The notes: a model not told the origin generated them from the letters alone. DNA of 64,000 bases from a bacterium (GCA_965204535.1 CBDBEV010000001.1:1024001-1088000), one strand, 5' to 3'; positions 19,986 through 30,972 are shown, numbered from the stretch's first letter. Translations and numbers: made by a program.

Positions 19986-22088
19986 ATGCCTCGCTTGTTC
20001 CGCTTGGCGGTCTGCGCGCTGGCCCTTGTCTTCGTCTTGTCGGCTGCGCCCGCGGGCGCGGGGGATTTTACCCACGGCGAACTCGAGGGCAGTCTCGACA
20101 TCACGCTCTCGCACGGCGTCACCCTTCGCGTCGGGGAGCGCGACGAGAGCCTGATCGGCACGACCAACGGAGGCGCGGCGACCTCCGTCAACAGCGACGA
20201 CGGCAACCTCAACTTCGACAGAGGCGTCGTGAGCAACGCGTCGAAGTTCATCGGCGAGCTCGACTTGAACTACCGGAACTTCGGCGCCTTCGCCCGCGTG
20301 CACGGGTTCTTCGACTTCGAGAACGAAAACGGCGACAGGGCGCGGGACGAGCTTTCGCCCGAGGCGAAGGACCTGGTCGGAAAAGACCTCGAAGTGCTCG
20401 ACCTCTACCTCACCGGCTCGTTCGACCTGGGCGGCGCGCCGATCGACCTTCGGCTCGGCAATCACGTGCTCAGCTGGGGCGAGAGCACCTTCATCCAGAA
20501 CAGCATCAACGTCATCAACCCCTTCGACGTGACCAAGCTGAGAACGCCGGGCGCGGAGCTGCGCGACGGGCTCGTGCCGGTTCCGATGGTCTCCGTCTCG
20601 GCCTCGCTGCACGAGAGCCTCTCCGTGGAGGGCTTCTACCAGGTGAAGTGGGAGAAGACCGAGATCGACCCGCCCGGCAGCTTCTTCTCGACGAGCGACT
20701 TCGTCGGCGCGGGCGGGAGGAGAGTGGTATTGGGCTGGGGCAAGATCCCCGACACGGGTCGAGGGTTCGGTCCCGTCACGGCGGCGATCAACGCCGACCT
20801 CCGTGGTTTCCGAATCCCCAGCCCTACGGCGCCGGGTGCCCTGACGCCCCTGCCGCAGAGAGCGCAGCCGGACTTCGACCGTTATTTCCTGAACGTGTTC
20901 CGCAGCGGGGACAACGAACCAGAAGACTCCGGCCAGTGGGGGGTCGCGCTGCGCTACCTCGCCGAGGGCCTCAACAACACCGAATTCGGCGTCTACTTCG
21001 TCAACTACCACAGCCGCCTGCCCGTTTTGAGCGGGCGCACCGGCACCGTGCAGGGGATACAGGACGGCCTCTTTGCAGCGGGAGCGGTTACCGCTGGTTC
21101 CGATACTCCTGCGGACCCGAGTGATGACTCCGCCACGATAAGAGCGATCACCGCTGCGGTCACAACTGCGGTCACAGCGCAAGTTCCGCCCGGTACGCCG
21201 CCGGCGGTCATTCAAAGTCAGGTTGCCAGTGAGACCGCTAGGCAAGTGGGGGAACTGGGCGGCTCCCTCGCCATCGACCGCTACGTGAAGACGGCGAACT
21301 ACTTCGCCGAATACCCCGAAGATATCCAGCTCTTCGGCCTGAGCTTCAACACCGTGCTCGGAACCTCGGGATGGGCGCTGCAGGGAGAACTCTCCTACCG
21401 CATGGACGCGCCCCTGCAGATAGACGACGCCGAAGTGTTCTTCGCGGCCCTGACGCCGCTCACCATCGACCTCGCGACCAGCAGGCCATGCTCGAATGAT
21501 TTCCCCTACTGCCGGAACCAGGTCGGCGTCTTCGGCCCCGAAACCTACGTCCAGGGCTACATCGAGCGCGACGTGAGCCAGATTCAGGCCACGGCCACCA
21601 AGGTGTTCGGCCCCACGCTCGGGGCGGACAGCCTGGCGTTCGTCGCGGAAGCGGCGCTCATGTACGTGCACGACATGCCGGACAAGAGCGAACTCCGCCT
21701 TGAGGGGCCGGGCACGCAGACCAGCGGGGAGCCCTTTCATTCCACGCCGGCGGGCGGGCACGCGGGCCTCCCGGCGGATCCGCTGGATCGGTTCGCGAGC
21801 GCCACCTCCTACGGCTATCGGCTGGCGGCGCGGCTGTCGTATCTCAACGCCATCGGCGCGGTGAACGTCGCGCCGCGCGTCTCGTTCCAGCACGACGTGA
21901 AAGGCACCAGCCCCGGCCCGGGCGGGCCGTTCATAGAGGATCGGATCGCCGTGACCCTCGGGCTGGGCGCGAGCTATCTCAACCGCTGGCATTTCGACGT
22001 GAGCTTCACCATGTTCGGCGGCGCCGGCAGGCACAACCAGGCGAGCGACCGCGACTTCGTCTCCGCCACCGTCAAATACCTGTTCTGA
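19986..22088 (+). CDS. DUF1302-family outer-membrane beta-barrel protein
   Basis: Signal peptide, NSDDGNLNF, SWGESTF, C-terminal DRDFVSATVKYLF. Confidence 0.85.
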   Translation: MPRLFRLAVCALALVFVLSAAPAGAGDFTHGELEGSLDITLSHGVTLRVGERDESLIGTTNGGAATSVNSDDGNLNFDRGVVSNASKFIGELDLNYRNFGAFARVHGFFDFENENGDRARDELSPEAKDLVGKDLEVLDLYLTGSFDLGGAPIDLRLGNHVLSWGESTFIQNSINVINPFDVTKLRTPGAELRDGLVPVPMVSVSASLHESLSVEGFYQVKWEKTEIDPPGSFFSTSDFVGAGGRRVVLGWGKIPDTGRGFGPVTAAINADLRGFRIPSPTAPGALTPLPQRAQPDFDRYFLNVFRSGDNEPEDSGQWGVALRYLAEGLNNTEFGVYFVNYHSRLPVLSGRTGTVQGIQDGLFAAGAVTAGSDTPADPSDDSATIRAITAAVTTAVTAQVPPGTPPAVIQSQVASETARQVGELGGSLAIDRYVKTANYFAEYPEDIQLFGLSFNTVLGTSGWALQGELSYRMDAPLQIDDAEVFFAALTPLTIDLATSRPCSNDFPYCRNQVGVFGPETYVQGYIERDVSQIQATATKVFGPTLGADSLAFVAEAALMYVHDMPDKSELRLEGPGTQTSGEPFHSTPAGGHAGLPADPLDRFASATSYGYRLAARLSYLNAIGAVNVAPRVSFQHDVKGTSPGPGGPFIEDRIAVTLGLGASYLNRWHFDVSFTMFGGAGRHNQASDRDFVSATVKYLF

Positions 22089-22117
22089 CCAACAGCGATG
22101 AAAATGGGGTAACCGCC

Positions 22118-23476
22118 ATGAAAACCATCATTTTGAGAGCCATCGTCGCGATGCTTTGCACCCTCGTGGCAACCAGCGCCTCCGCCGCGATTTCCGCCAG
22201 TGAGATCGCCCGGCTCGGCAAGGACCTGACCCCCCTCGGCGCGGAGCGGGCGGGCAACGCCGAAGGCTCCATCCCGGAGTGGAAGGGCGGCGTCACGACC
22301 CCGCCGGCCGGCTACAAGGTGGGCGACCACCATCCCGACCCATACGCCGGTGACAAGCCCCTGTTCACCATCACCCGCGCGAACCTCGACAAATATCGGG
22401 GGAAACTCTCGGCCGGGCTCCAGAAGATGGTGGAGGCCTACCCGACGCTCCGCCTGCCCGTCTACCCGACCCGGCGCAGCGCCGCGTTTCCGAAGCGCAT
22501 CTACGACGCCACCCGGCGCGTCGCCGCCACCGCGAAACTCGCCTCGGGCGGCAGCGGCGTGACGGGCGCTGTGATCGGGGTTCCGTTTCCGGTTCCCAAA
22601 AACGGCGCGCACGTGATCTGGAATCACCTGCTCCGCTACCGGGGCCAGGCCTCCACGCGCGTCATCGGCCAGGCGGCCGTCACCCGGAGCGGCGACTACA
22701 CCCTCGTCCGGCTCGAGGACGCATACGTCGCGCGCTATTCCCTGCCGGGCATGACGGAGGCGAAACTCGACAACCGGATGATCCTCTTCCGCCAGAAGGT
22801 GGCGGCGCCCGCGCGGCTGGCGGGCCGGATCCTGCTGGCCTACGAGACGCTGAACCAGGTCGCCGAGCCGCGCCACGCCTGGGTGTACAACCCCGGCCAG
22901 CGACGGGTGCGCCGCGCGCCGAACATCGCCTACGACAATCCGGGCACCGCCGCGGACGGGCTCAGGACGAGCGATCAGTTCGACATGTTCAACGGCGCGC
23001 TCGACCGCTACGACTGGAAGCTCCTCGGCAAGCGCGAGATGTACGTGCCCTACAACAGCTACAAGCTTCACAGCGACAAAATCACCTTCGCCGACGTTTT
23101 GAAGCCGCTGCACGTCAACCCCGAGTATCTGCGCTATGAGTTGCACCGGGTCTGGGTGGTCGAGGCGACGCTCAAGGAAGGGGCGCGCCACATCTACAAG
23201 AAACGGCGGTTCTACGTGGATGAGGACTCGTGGATGATCCTGCTCTCCGACATCTATGACAACCGGGATCAGCTCTGGCGCGTGTCGGAAGGGCACGTCG
23301 TCAACTATTACGAAAATCCCCTGGTGAGCTATACCCTCGAGGTGCACACCGACCTTCAGGCGGGGCGCTACCTCGCGCTGGGGCTCAACAACGAGTATCC
23401 CATGAACACCTTCTCCACGACCTACTCGGAGAGGAATTTCACTCCGGCGGCGCTGCGCCGCATGGGCAGGAGATGA
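22118..23476 (+). CDS. DUF1329-family periplasmic protein
   Basis: LTPLGAERAGN, YNPGQRRVRRAP and RYELHRVWVVEATLK motifs. Confidence 0.9.
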   Translation: MKTIILRAIVAMLCTLVATSASAAISASEIARLGKDLTPLGAERAGNAEGSIPEWKGGVTTPPAGYKVGDHHPDPYAGDKPLFTITRANLDKYRGKLSAGLQKMVEAYPTLRLPVYPTRRSAAFPKRIYDATRRVAATAKLASGGSGVTGAVIGVPFPVPKNGAHVIWNHLLRYRGQASTRVIGQAAVTRSGDYTLVRLEDAYVARYSLPGMTEAKLDNRMILFRQKVAAPARLAGRILLAYETLNQVAEPRHAWVYNPGQRRVRRAPNIAYDNPGTAADGLRTSDQFDMFNGALDRYDWKLLGKREMYVPYNSYKLHSDKITFADVLKPLHVNPEYLRYELHRVWVVEATLKEGARHIYKKRRFYVDEDSWMILLSDIYDNRDQLWRVSEGHVVNYYENPLVSYTLEVHTDLQAGRYLALGLNNEYPMNTFSTTYSERNFTPAALRRMGRR

Positions 23477-24447
23477 CGGCGGCGGAATCCGGGGTTTCGG
23501 GAAGACGGCGGCGACGCCTCCTGCCCGCCCTCATCTTCTGTCTGCTGCCCATTGGCGCGGCGAACGCCGAACCGGCCGTTCAGGCCCGGCTCGCGCCCGA
23601 ATCCCTGCTGATTGGCGGAGCGTCCGCAGGTCCGCGCCTGGTGGTGGTGGGCGAGCGCGGCCACGTTCTGGTCTCGGACGACGGCGGCTTGAAGTGGAAG
23701 CAGGCCCGCGTACCTGTCCGCGCCCTGCTGACGGCCGTGCACATGCACGATGCGCGCCTCGGTTGGGCGGTCGGGCACGACGCGCTCATCCTGCGCACCG
23801 AAGACGGCGGAATGACCTGGCGGGTGGTTCACCACGCGCCCCAGGAAGAACGCCCCCTGCTCGACGTCTGGTTCCGCGATGAACGAAACGGCTTCGCCGT
23901 GGGGGCGTACGGCTATTTCCTCGCCACCTCGGACGGCGGCCGCACCTGGAAGCCGCGCACCATCGACAGGGACGATTTCCACCTGAACGCCATCGTTCCC
24001 GCAGGCGCCGGGCGGCTGTTCATCGCCGGGGAAGCGGGCGCGATCTACCGAAGCGACGACGACGGCTCCACCTGGCGCAAGCTCTCCTCGCCCTATGCCG
24101 GTTCGTGGTTCGGTGCGCTCGCGCTCGATGCGGACAGGCTGCTGCTGTTCGGCTTGAGAGGCAGGATGTATCGCTCAGACGACGGGGGTGAGAGCTGGAC
24201 GCGCGTTCGCACGCGGACGAAGGCGACCCTCACCGGAGCGATCCGGATAAAACCCGGTCTCCTGCTCGTCACCGGCCTTGAGGGCGCACTGCTCGTCAGC
24301 CGCGACGGCGGGCGCAGCGTATCGACCGATCCGAAGTTCAGACCCCTGACCTCCCGCCTGGGAATCTCCAAAGCGCTCGCGCTTTCAGGCGGCCGGGTGC
24401 TGCTGCTCGGCGAGTTCGGGGTCAGGCGCCTGCCCGGGGCCCGATAG
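23473..24447 (+). CDS. YCF48/BNR (Asp-box) repeat protein
   Basis: Repeated SxDGGxTW motifs. Confidence 0.88.
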   Translation: MTAAESGVSGRRRRRLLPALIFCLLPIGAANAEPAVQARLAPESLLIGGASAGPRLVVVGERGHVLVSDDGGLKWKQARVPVRALLTAVHMHDARLGWAVGHDALILRTEDGGMTWRVVHHAPQEERPLLDVWFRDERNGFAVGAYGYFLATSDGGRTWKPRTIDRDDFHLNAIVPAGAGRLFIAGEAGAIYRSDDDGSTWRKLSSPYAGSWFGALALDADRLLLFGLRGRMYRSDDGGESWTRVRTRTKATLTGAIRIKPGLLLVTGLEGALLVSRDGGRSVSTDPKFRPLTSRLGISKALALSGGRVLLLGEFGVRRLPGAR

Positions 24448-24457
24448 GCGCATTCCC

Positions 24458-26806
24458 ATGCCGGACGCCTCCGCTTCTCCTGAGAATTCTTCCGTAACGG
24501 CCCGGCTCGAGCGCGCGCTGTTCTCGCACCGCAAGCGGGTGCTCGCGGCGTTTCTCATCGTCACGCTGGCGATGGCCTGGCTGGCGGCGGGGCTGCGCGT
24601 CGATGCGGGCTTCACCAAGCTGATTCCGCTCGAACACGAGTACATGCGCACCTTCGTCAAGCACCGCGCCGCTTTCGGCGGGGCGGACCGCGTGGCGGTG
24701 GCGCTCGTCGCGCGGAAGGGCGACATCTTCACGCCGGAGTTCTTCGCCCTGCTCCAGAAGGTGAACGACGCCGTATTCTTCCTGCCGGGCGTCGACCGCA
24801 CCCAGGTCTATTCGGTGGTGACGCCGAACGTGCGCTACAACGAGGTGGTCGAGGACGGCATCGTCGCGGGCAACGTGCTGCCCGCGGACTTCAAGCCGAC
24901 CAGAGCCGGCCTCGCGCGGGTGCGCGAGAACATCATCAAGGCGGGAATCGTGGGCCGGCTGGTGGCGAACGATTTCTCGGGCGCGCTCGTGAGCGCGAGA
25001 CTCCAGGAGTTCCATCCGAACACCGGGGAGCGGCTCGATTATCTCGAAGTCGCGCGCGCGCTCGAGGTCATCCGCCGCGACGCAGAAGCCGGCGGCGTCG
25101 CGAAAGTCCACATCATCGGGTTCGCCAAGGTCGTGGGCGAAATCGCGGACGGCGCGGCCCAGGTGCTGCTCTTCTTCGGCCTCGCCGTCGTGATCACCGC
25201 CCTTTTCGTGTACGCCTACACCCGATCGGTCCGCCTCACGGCGATGCCGCTGGCGTGCTCGCTCGTCGCGGTGGTGTGGCAACTCGGCGCGCTCACGGCT
25301 CTCGGCTTCGGCGTCGACCCGATGTCGATCCTGGTGCCGTTTCTGGTGTTCGCCATCGGGGTGAGCCACGGGGTGCAGATGGTGAACGCGGTGGGGGCCG
25401 AAGGGGGCGGCGGCGTCCGCGCCGCGCGGGCGAGCTTTCGCCGCCTGCTGCTGCCGGGTTCGGTGGCGCTGGCCTCGGACGCCATCGGCTTCGTGGCCAT
25501 CGCGCTCATCCCCGTGCGCGTCATCCAGGAGATCGCCGTCACCGCCAGCCTGGGCGTGGCGGCGATCATCCTCACGAACCTGGGGCTTCTGCCGGTGGCG
25601 CTTTCCTTCCTCAAGCCGGGGGAGGGCGGGGAGCGCGCGGCCTCACCGGGGCTTTTGGCGGGTCTCTGGAAGCGCGCCGCGCGGGCGGCCAGGCCGCGCC
25701 CCGCGGTCGCGACGATAGCCGTCGCCGCCGTCCTGCTCGCTCTCGGCGCGCGCTATGCGCCCGAGGTCCGCGTGGGCGATCAGCACCAGGGCGTGCCGGA
25801 GTTGCGCGCGACTTCCACTTATAACCGCGATACCGCCGCCATCGTCGAGCGCTTCAACATCGGCGTGGACGTGTTGACGGTGATCGTCGAGACCATCTCC
25901 CAGGGGTGCGTCGATTACCGCGTGATGCGCCTCATCGACGAGTTCGAGTGGCGCATGCGGAACGTGGCGGGCGTGCGCTCGGTGGTCGCGCTGCCCGGCA
26001 TCGTCCGCAAGCTGAACGCGGGCTGGAACGAGGGCAGCCTCAAGTGGCGCGCGCTGCCGCGCAACCGCCACGCGCTCGCCGAGTCGGTCTCCCTCGTGCC
26101 GACGAGCACCGGACTCCTGAACGGCGACTGCTCGGCGATGCCGGTGCGCATCTACACCGCCGACCACAAGGCGGAGACCATCCGCCGGGTCGTCTCCGCC
26201 GTCGAGGCGTTCAACCGGGCGGAGCGCGATGAGCGCACCACCTTTCGCCTCGCCTCGGGGAACGTCGGGGTGATGGCGGCGACGAACGAGGAGATAGAGG
26301 CGTCGCAGTTCCCGATCCTGGGCTACGTCTACGCGGCGGTCATCCTGCTCTGCCTGGTCTCGTTCCGCTCCGCCGCGGCGACCGCCTGCATCATCGCGCC
26401 CCTGGCGCTCGTCTCGCTCCTCGCCTACGCGCTGATGGCGTTTCTGGAGATCGGCCTCAAGGTCTCGACGCTTCCCGTGGTGGCCCTGGGGGTCGGCATC
26501 GGCGTGGATTACGGGATATACATCTGCGGGCGGCTTCTCGCCTATATGAGGGAGGGTCTCGATTTCGCCGCCGCCTACGAACGCACCCTCGCCACCACGG
26601 GGGCGGGCGTGGTGCTCACCGGCCTCACGCTGGCGGTGGGGGTGGCGACCTGGATATTCGCGCCGCTCAAGCTCCAGGCCGATATGGGGACGGTGCTCTC
26701 GTTCATGTTCCTCGTCAACATGGTGGGCGCCATCGCGCTCCTGCCCGCCCTGGGCGCGTTTCTGATGCGGGCGAAGAAGGCGAGAGGAGAGCGGGCGGGG
26801 GCGTAG
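24458..26806 (+). CDS. RND/MMPL-family transporter
   Basis: Two TM bundles; AIGVSHGVQ and GVGIGVDYGIY motifs. Confidence 0.9.
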   Translation: MPDASASPENSSVTARLERALFSHRKRVLAAFLIVTLAMAWLAAGLRVDAGFTKLIPLEHEYMRTFVKHRAAFGGADRVAVALVARKGDIFTPEFFALLQKVNDAVFFLPGVDRTQVYSVVTPNVRYNEVVEDGIVAGNVLPADFKPTRAGLARVRENIIKAGIVGRLVANDFSGALVSARLQEFHPNTGERLDYLEVARALEVIRRDAEAGGVAKVHIIGFAKVVGEIADGAAQVLLFFGLAVVITALFVYAYTRSVRLTAMPLACSLVAVVWQLGALTALGFGVDPMSILVPFLVFAIGVSHGVQMVNAVGAEGGGGVRAARASFRRLLLPGSVALASDAIGFVAIALIPVRVIQEIAVTASLGVAAIILTNLGLLPVALSFLKPGEGGERAASPGLLAGLWKRAARAARPRPAVATIAVAAVLLALGARYAPEVRVGDQHQGVPELRATSTYNRDTAAIVERFNIGVDVLTVIVETISQGCVDYRVMRLIDEFEWRMRNVAGVRSVVALPGIVRKLNAGWNEGSLKWRALPRNRHALAESVSLVPTSTGLLNGDCSAMPVRIYTADHKAETIRRVVSAVEAFNRAERDERTTFRLASGNVGVMAATNEEIEASQFPILGYVYAAVILLCLVSFRSAAATACIIAPLALVSLLAYALMAFLEIGLKVSTLPVVALGVGIGVDYGIYICGRLLAYMREGLDFAAAYERTLATTGAGVVLTGLTLAVGVATWIFAPLKLQADMGTVLSFMFLVNMVGAIALLPALGAFLMRAKKARGERAGA

Positions 26807-27540
26807 GGGATTGTCGAAAAAGCCATCCCTGGTCGGAATGACGAACAAAACCGAATCGCATCCGTAGCGGACAGGCTCCTGCGCCTGTCCGAGGCCCCCG
26901 TGCCTGTCTTGACGAAGGACAACCACGGGAATGGATGTCTTCGGTACGGGCGGCCACGGGGGGCCGCCGCGGGGCGTAGGGACAACCCCCCGTGGTTGTC
27001 CGGGGCCGACGTGTCCGCCCGATTGGCCGGAAAACCAACCCCCCCTACCCCCCCTTGTCAGGGGGGTAAGAAAAAGCAACGCCCGCCAACGAGGGGGTGG
27101 AAGAAAAGCCCCCCTGCGTTGGTTCTTCCTTCATCAGTCAGCAATGACCCCCAAGGTATTTCACTCCCCCTTGAGGGGTCTGTTGAAAAAATCCCGTGGA
27201 GCAATTTTGGTTGAGCGCACGCTTTTGAAGTTCACTCCCCCCTTGAGGGTCTGGCTTCCCGAGGGGAAAGCCAGACCCTCAAGGGGGGAGTGAATCCTCT
27301 CTGCTGAATAACAAACAAGTCTGAAAGGGGGAGTGAATTTAGGATTCTCCCTGGTGGAGGGAATAACCCCCCCTACCCCCCCTTATCAGGGGGGTATGAA
27401 AAAGCAAGACCCCAAAAAAGGATCAACTCCCCCCTCAAAGAAGGAGTGGTTCTTCCTCTTTCAGCGGATGAGTCAAACCCTTATCGGGGGAGGGGTCTTT
27501 CTTACCCCCCTGTCAAGGGGGGGGTAGGGGGGCAGGACAG
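26806..27540. repeat. Composite REP/REPIN mosaic, copy A
   Basis: GTAG REPs, AACCCCCCCTACCCCCCCTTGTCAGGGGGGTA hairpins, CACTCCCCCTTGAGGG hairpins and an IS1182-like end. Confidence 0.85.
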
Positions 27541-27886
27541 CCCCGAGGAGGGGCTGTCCTTTCAAGGAGAGAGGCGGGCGCATCCGCTCGGGAAGAAAAA
27601 AAGGCCGACACCCCGCGAAGGGCCGGCGGAAGCGGGAGTTGCTGCGACACAATCCCTGAGGTCCGAGGCCCGGCCGAGCGGGGCGCCGGCCTGTCTGCAT
27701 GACGAAAACAGGGGCCGCCCGTTGTTCCCGTTCCCGGCTCGAGGACTCAAACTCACAGCAGGGAGCGGTACAGTTTGCTCTCACGAGAGAAGCAACCAAC
27801 GGGCAACCCCCTTTTCGCTCTCCTTCAATCCGCCCCGGCCCAGGGGCCGTGAAGCCCCGAAGCCATAGGCGTCCTGCTCTTCGCTG

Positions 27887-30589
27887 CTACTGCTGCTTGT
27901 TCGCACCGAACGCGCCGACCATGCGGCCGATGGTGCTGAACTCGGAATAGAAGGTTCCGGTCACCGTGGTCGGGATGTTGCTGCCGTCGCCGTCCGGGGC
28001 GTTTCCGGGCATTTCGTCGTACATCGTACCGCTCCACGTGCCGGACGCCAGCGCCTTGTTGCCGTTGATCGACCAGACCGTGGGGTCATTCGTAGGAGCC
28101 GTGATCGTTCCGCCTGAAGCGCCCAAGGCACCGCGGGCCAGCGCGACGCTCCAGCCCGGATCCTCGGACCCGTCGTTCAGCCGGAAGTTGTCGATCGTGC
28201 CGGTCACGCCGGCGGTCGCGCCGGTCCCGAACGTGGCTTTCAGTTCGGCATCCGCCGTGAAGTGGCCGCCGCTGCCGGTGCCGTCGAGCGGGTTGCTGAT
28301 GGCGAACTTGCCTGCGGCGTTGCCGACATAGGTCGCCGAGCCGGATATTGCGGTAAGGTCGCCGCCGGTGTCGAGATCGCCAGCGGTAGGCTCGACAACC
28401 CCAACGAACGCGCTGGCCGCCTTCGGCACGCCGTCATTGTTCTTCCTCACCCACCAGCCGAAGTACAGGTACTCGGCATCGGGCTGATGCACCATCGCGC
28501 CCGTGTCGGGCTTGAAGTGCCAGGTTCCGGTCAATGCGCTCGGGGCACCGCTACCGTCGTTGGTCGAGGAGCAAGTCCCCGAGCAGCGGTACTCACCCGG
28601 TGCGCCGTCGTAGGTGCCTCGGATGTATACTGCCCTGCTTCTATCGGGAACCGGGTGATTCTGGGTTCCCGAGTGTGTAAAGGCATTCGCCCTTACAAGT
28701 GCGTATTCAGCATCAGTATCGACTAACAGCGAACCAGCATTATCATCGCCTGCCGGTAAAAGGGCGTGTTCTTGGCTGAACGGACGCGACCTCCCGGAGC
28801 CTCGGTTCGTGTAGACCCTGGCTTCGTTGGTGACCCTCGAGGTGCCAGTACCCGAGGTAAGGGCATAGTCCGTACCCGACCAGCCGCCCAACGCTCCGGC
28901 GGAATCGCCGGCCTTGAGAGCCACGGCATCAGGGTCTCCATCGGCGGTGGGAAGCGCTCCCGCGCCTGTCGTGGCATCAATCGAGAGGGTCGAAGTCAGC
29001 GCAGGTGAGCCAATGTTAGTCAGCGGGGTCGTGCCAGCATCGTCTGCTCCCAGCGCCGCGTGCATATCCTTGCCGAGTTTCGCGTTGGCCTTGTCCGCTT
29101 CCTTTTGCTTAGCGGCCATCGCCGCCGTGCGGGACGTCTTGGCAGCGGCTAGCTGCGGCTCGAGCGTGGCGAGCGTTCCCTTCGCGCTGGCAACGTCGGT
29201 ATCGCCCTCGGGGAGATCTTCCGCGCCCTCGATCGCCGCCTTGAGAGCGGCAATCGCCGCGTCCGCAGCAGCAACCTCGCTATCGGTCGAGTCGTCGCTC
29301 ACACCCGCGACCGCATTGCGGGCCATCGTGACGGCATTCGTGATCGCCGTGCGCTGGGCCGTCTGCCGACCGGCGCGGTCCATGCCGGTCTGCGCCGTTC
29401 TCACGGTCTCCGTGGCCGCCCCCAGTTGGGTCTGGTACGCGGCCTTTTCGGAATCGCTCAGGTGGGTCGCCGCCTCCAGCGCCGCCTTGAGCGCGTCAAC
29501 GGCAGCATCGGCCGCGGCGATCTTTGCCGCCGTGTCCAGATCGTCGAGGTCGATGTCGGCAAGGGCCGTGCCGGCTTCCGTCAGCGCCGTGCGCTGCCGG
29601 CCGACATTCCCGGCGAGAACCGTCTCCGCACGGTCCACCTTCCGCCGGGCCACCGTCATGTCGACGGTGGCGTCGAGCTTCTCGGCGTCGGTCAGATTGG
29701 TCGCCGCTTTCAACGCCAGATCAACCCCGGTGATGGCTGCCACGGCCGCATCGATCTGCGCCTCCGTCATCAGGTTGTCGAGGTCGAGAGCGGCAAGGAT
29801 AGCAACGGCATCGGCGAGCGCCGTCTTCTGGGCTGCGGTGTCGAACCTGCCCTGCGCCAGCATCACGGTCCGATCGGCTGTCGCCAGCTCGGTCATGGCC
29901 GCGGTCTTCTCGGCATCGCTCAGCTCCGTCGCCGCGGCCAGCGCCATGCGAAGCGCCTCGATGGCGGCCTGGGCGGCGTCGATCTTCTCCTTTGTCGACA
30001 GATCGGCCAGGTCGATTGCCCGAAGGGCCTCGACGGCACTCGTGAGCGCCGTCGTCTGGGCCGCATGGTCGAGAGTGCTCTGCGCGGCCGCCACGGTTGT
30101 CTCGGCGGCTGTCACCCGCCCCTGATACATCGCCTTGTCGGCGTCGCTCACGTCGGCCGCCGCCGCCAGCGCCGCCTTGAGCGCGGCGATGGCGATTTTC
30201 GCGGCGGCGATGGCATCCGCGTCCGGCAGGTCGGACGTGTCGACATTGCCGGCCGCGTTCGCCAAAGCCATTTTCTGCGCATCGACCCGAGCCATCATGG
30301 CCAGGGCCGCCACGCGCGCGGCGACCTTCGTGTTCAGGTCCTGGAGCTGCGCGCCTGAGATGCCGGCGGCCACCGCCGTGGCGACCGCCGCCTGTGCGGC
30401 TTCCGCCGTCTCGGCCGCCGCGATTGCATCAACCGCCGCCTCATAAGCTGTCGGCATCGCTGGCGGATCCGGGTCCGGCGCAGCAGCGCTGCCGCCGCCG
30501 CCACCGCCGCAGCCGGCCAGCGTCAGCGCGAAGAGCGCCGCCAGCGCGAAAGCGTAAAACTTGTTTATCGATTTCTCTTTGAACATCAT
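27887..30589 (-). CDS. Surface lipoprotein with helical repeats and a TbpB-like C-terminal barrel
   Basis: LAGC lipobox plus Gly tract; about 5 Ala-rich repeats; GSATYVGNAAG...MVGAFGA barrel motifs. Confidence 0.8.
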   Translation of the reverse strand: MMFKEKSINKFYAFALAALFALTLAGCGGGGGGSAAAPDPDPPAMPTAYEAAVDAIAAAETAEAAQAAVATAVAAGISGAQLQDLNTKVAARVAALAMMARVDAQKMALANAAGNVDTSDLPDADAIAAAKIAIAALKAALAAAADVSDADKAMYQGRVTAAETTVAAAQSTLDHAAQTTALTSAVEALRAIDLADLSTKEKIDAAQAAIEALRMALAAATELSDAEKTAAMTELATADRTVMLAQGRFDTAAQKTALADAVAILAALDLDNLMTEAQIDAAVAAITGVDLALKAATNLTDAEKLDATVDMTVARRKVDRAETVLAGNVGRQRTALTEAGTALADIDLDDLDTAAKIAAADAAVDALKAALEAATHLSDSEKAAYQTQLGAATETVRTAQTGMDRAGRQTAQRTAITNAVTMARNAVAGVSDDSTDSEVAAADAAIAALKAAIEGAEDLPEGDTDVASAKGTLATLEPQLAAAKTSRTAAMAAKQKEADKANAKLGKDMHAALGADDAGTTPLTNIGSPALTSTLSIDATTGAGALPTADGDPDAVALKAGDSAGALGGWSGTDYALTSGTGTSRVTNEARVYTNRGSGRSRPFSQEHALLPAGDDNAGSLLVDTDAEYALVRANAFTHSGTQNHPVPDRSRAVYIRGTYDGAPGEYRCSGTCSSTNDGSGAPSALTGTWHFKPDTGAMVHQPDAEYLYFGWWVRKNNDGVPKAASAFVGVVEPTAGDLDTGGDLTAISGSATYVGNAAGKFAISNPLDGTGSGGHFTADAELKATFGTGATAGVTGTIDNFRLNDGSEDPGWSVALARGALGASGGTITAPTNDPTVWSINGNKALASGTWSGTMYDEMPGNAPDGDGSNIPTTVTGTFYSEFSTIGRMVGAFGANKQQ

Positions 30590-30972
30590 TTAGTGAGTCC
30601 TCCTGAATACACAGTAGAAAAAGGGATCTTCAGTGAATTTCCGGCTTTCTCCGATTAACCTCCTTTCGTCAGCTTTTATTTCGGGCCTTCACAAACTGAT
30701 TCGTATCTCGGGCCGCCTGAAATACGGCGGACTTGAACCCTTTCATGCTCCGGGCCGGTAGTGAGTCTTTCCGCGAGAGGCGGATTCCTGCGGTATGCGT
30801 CCACTTCGAACCCGGGCTGGTGACCGCTAATTACTGTTACCGGACCCCAGAAACCCCGTTTTCCGCCGGAAAACCCGTTTCGGGGCGCATTCGGGCCGCA
30901 AACAAGCGAAAGATGAGCGAAAAAAGACGCAAAATGGCGCCCGAAACCCCTCCGGGGACCCCGGAATTGCGC

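Noticed and set aside
19806-22034. Long antisense or alternate-frame ORFs (also 21974-23347, 34054-35658, 38959-40242, 40728-42443)
   Set aside because: Shadow ORFs of GC-rich genes that have clear family motifs on the other strand.
26810-27870. ORFs inside the repeat mosaics (also 4105-4874, 32120-33167, 45236-45796, 52955-53795)
   Set aside because: They translate palindromic repeats (VIPAKAGI, PPLSRGG) and show no coding bias.
27887-30589. DGR- or shufflon-driven variation of the lipoprotein
   Set aside because: No reverse transcriptase, template repeat, recombinase or alternative cassettes in the window.
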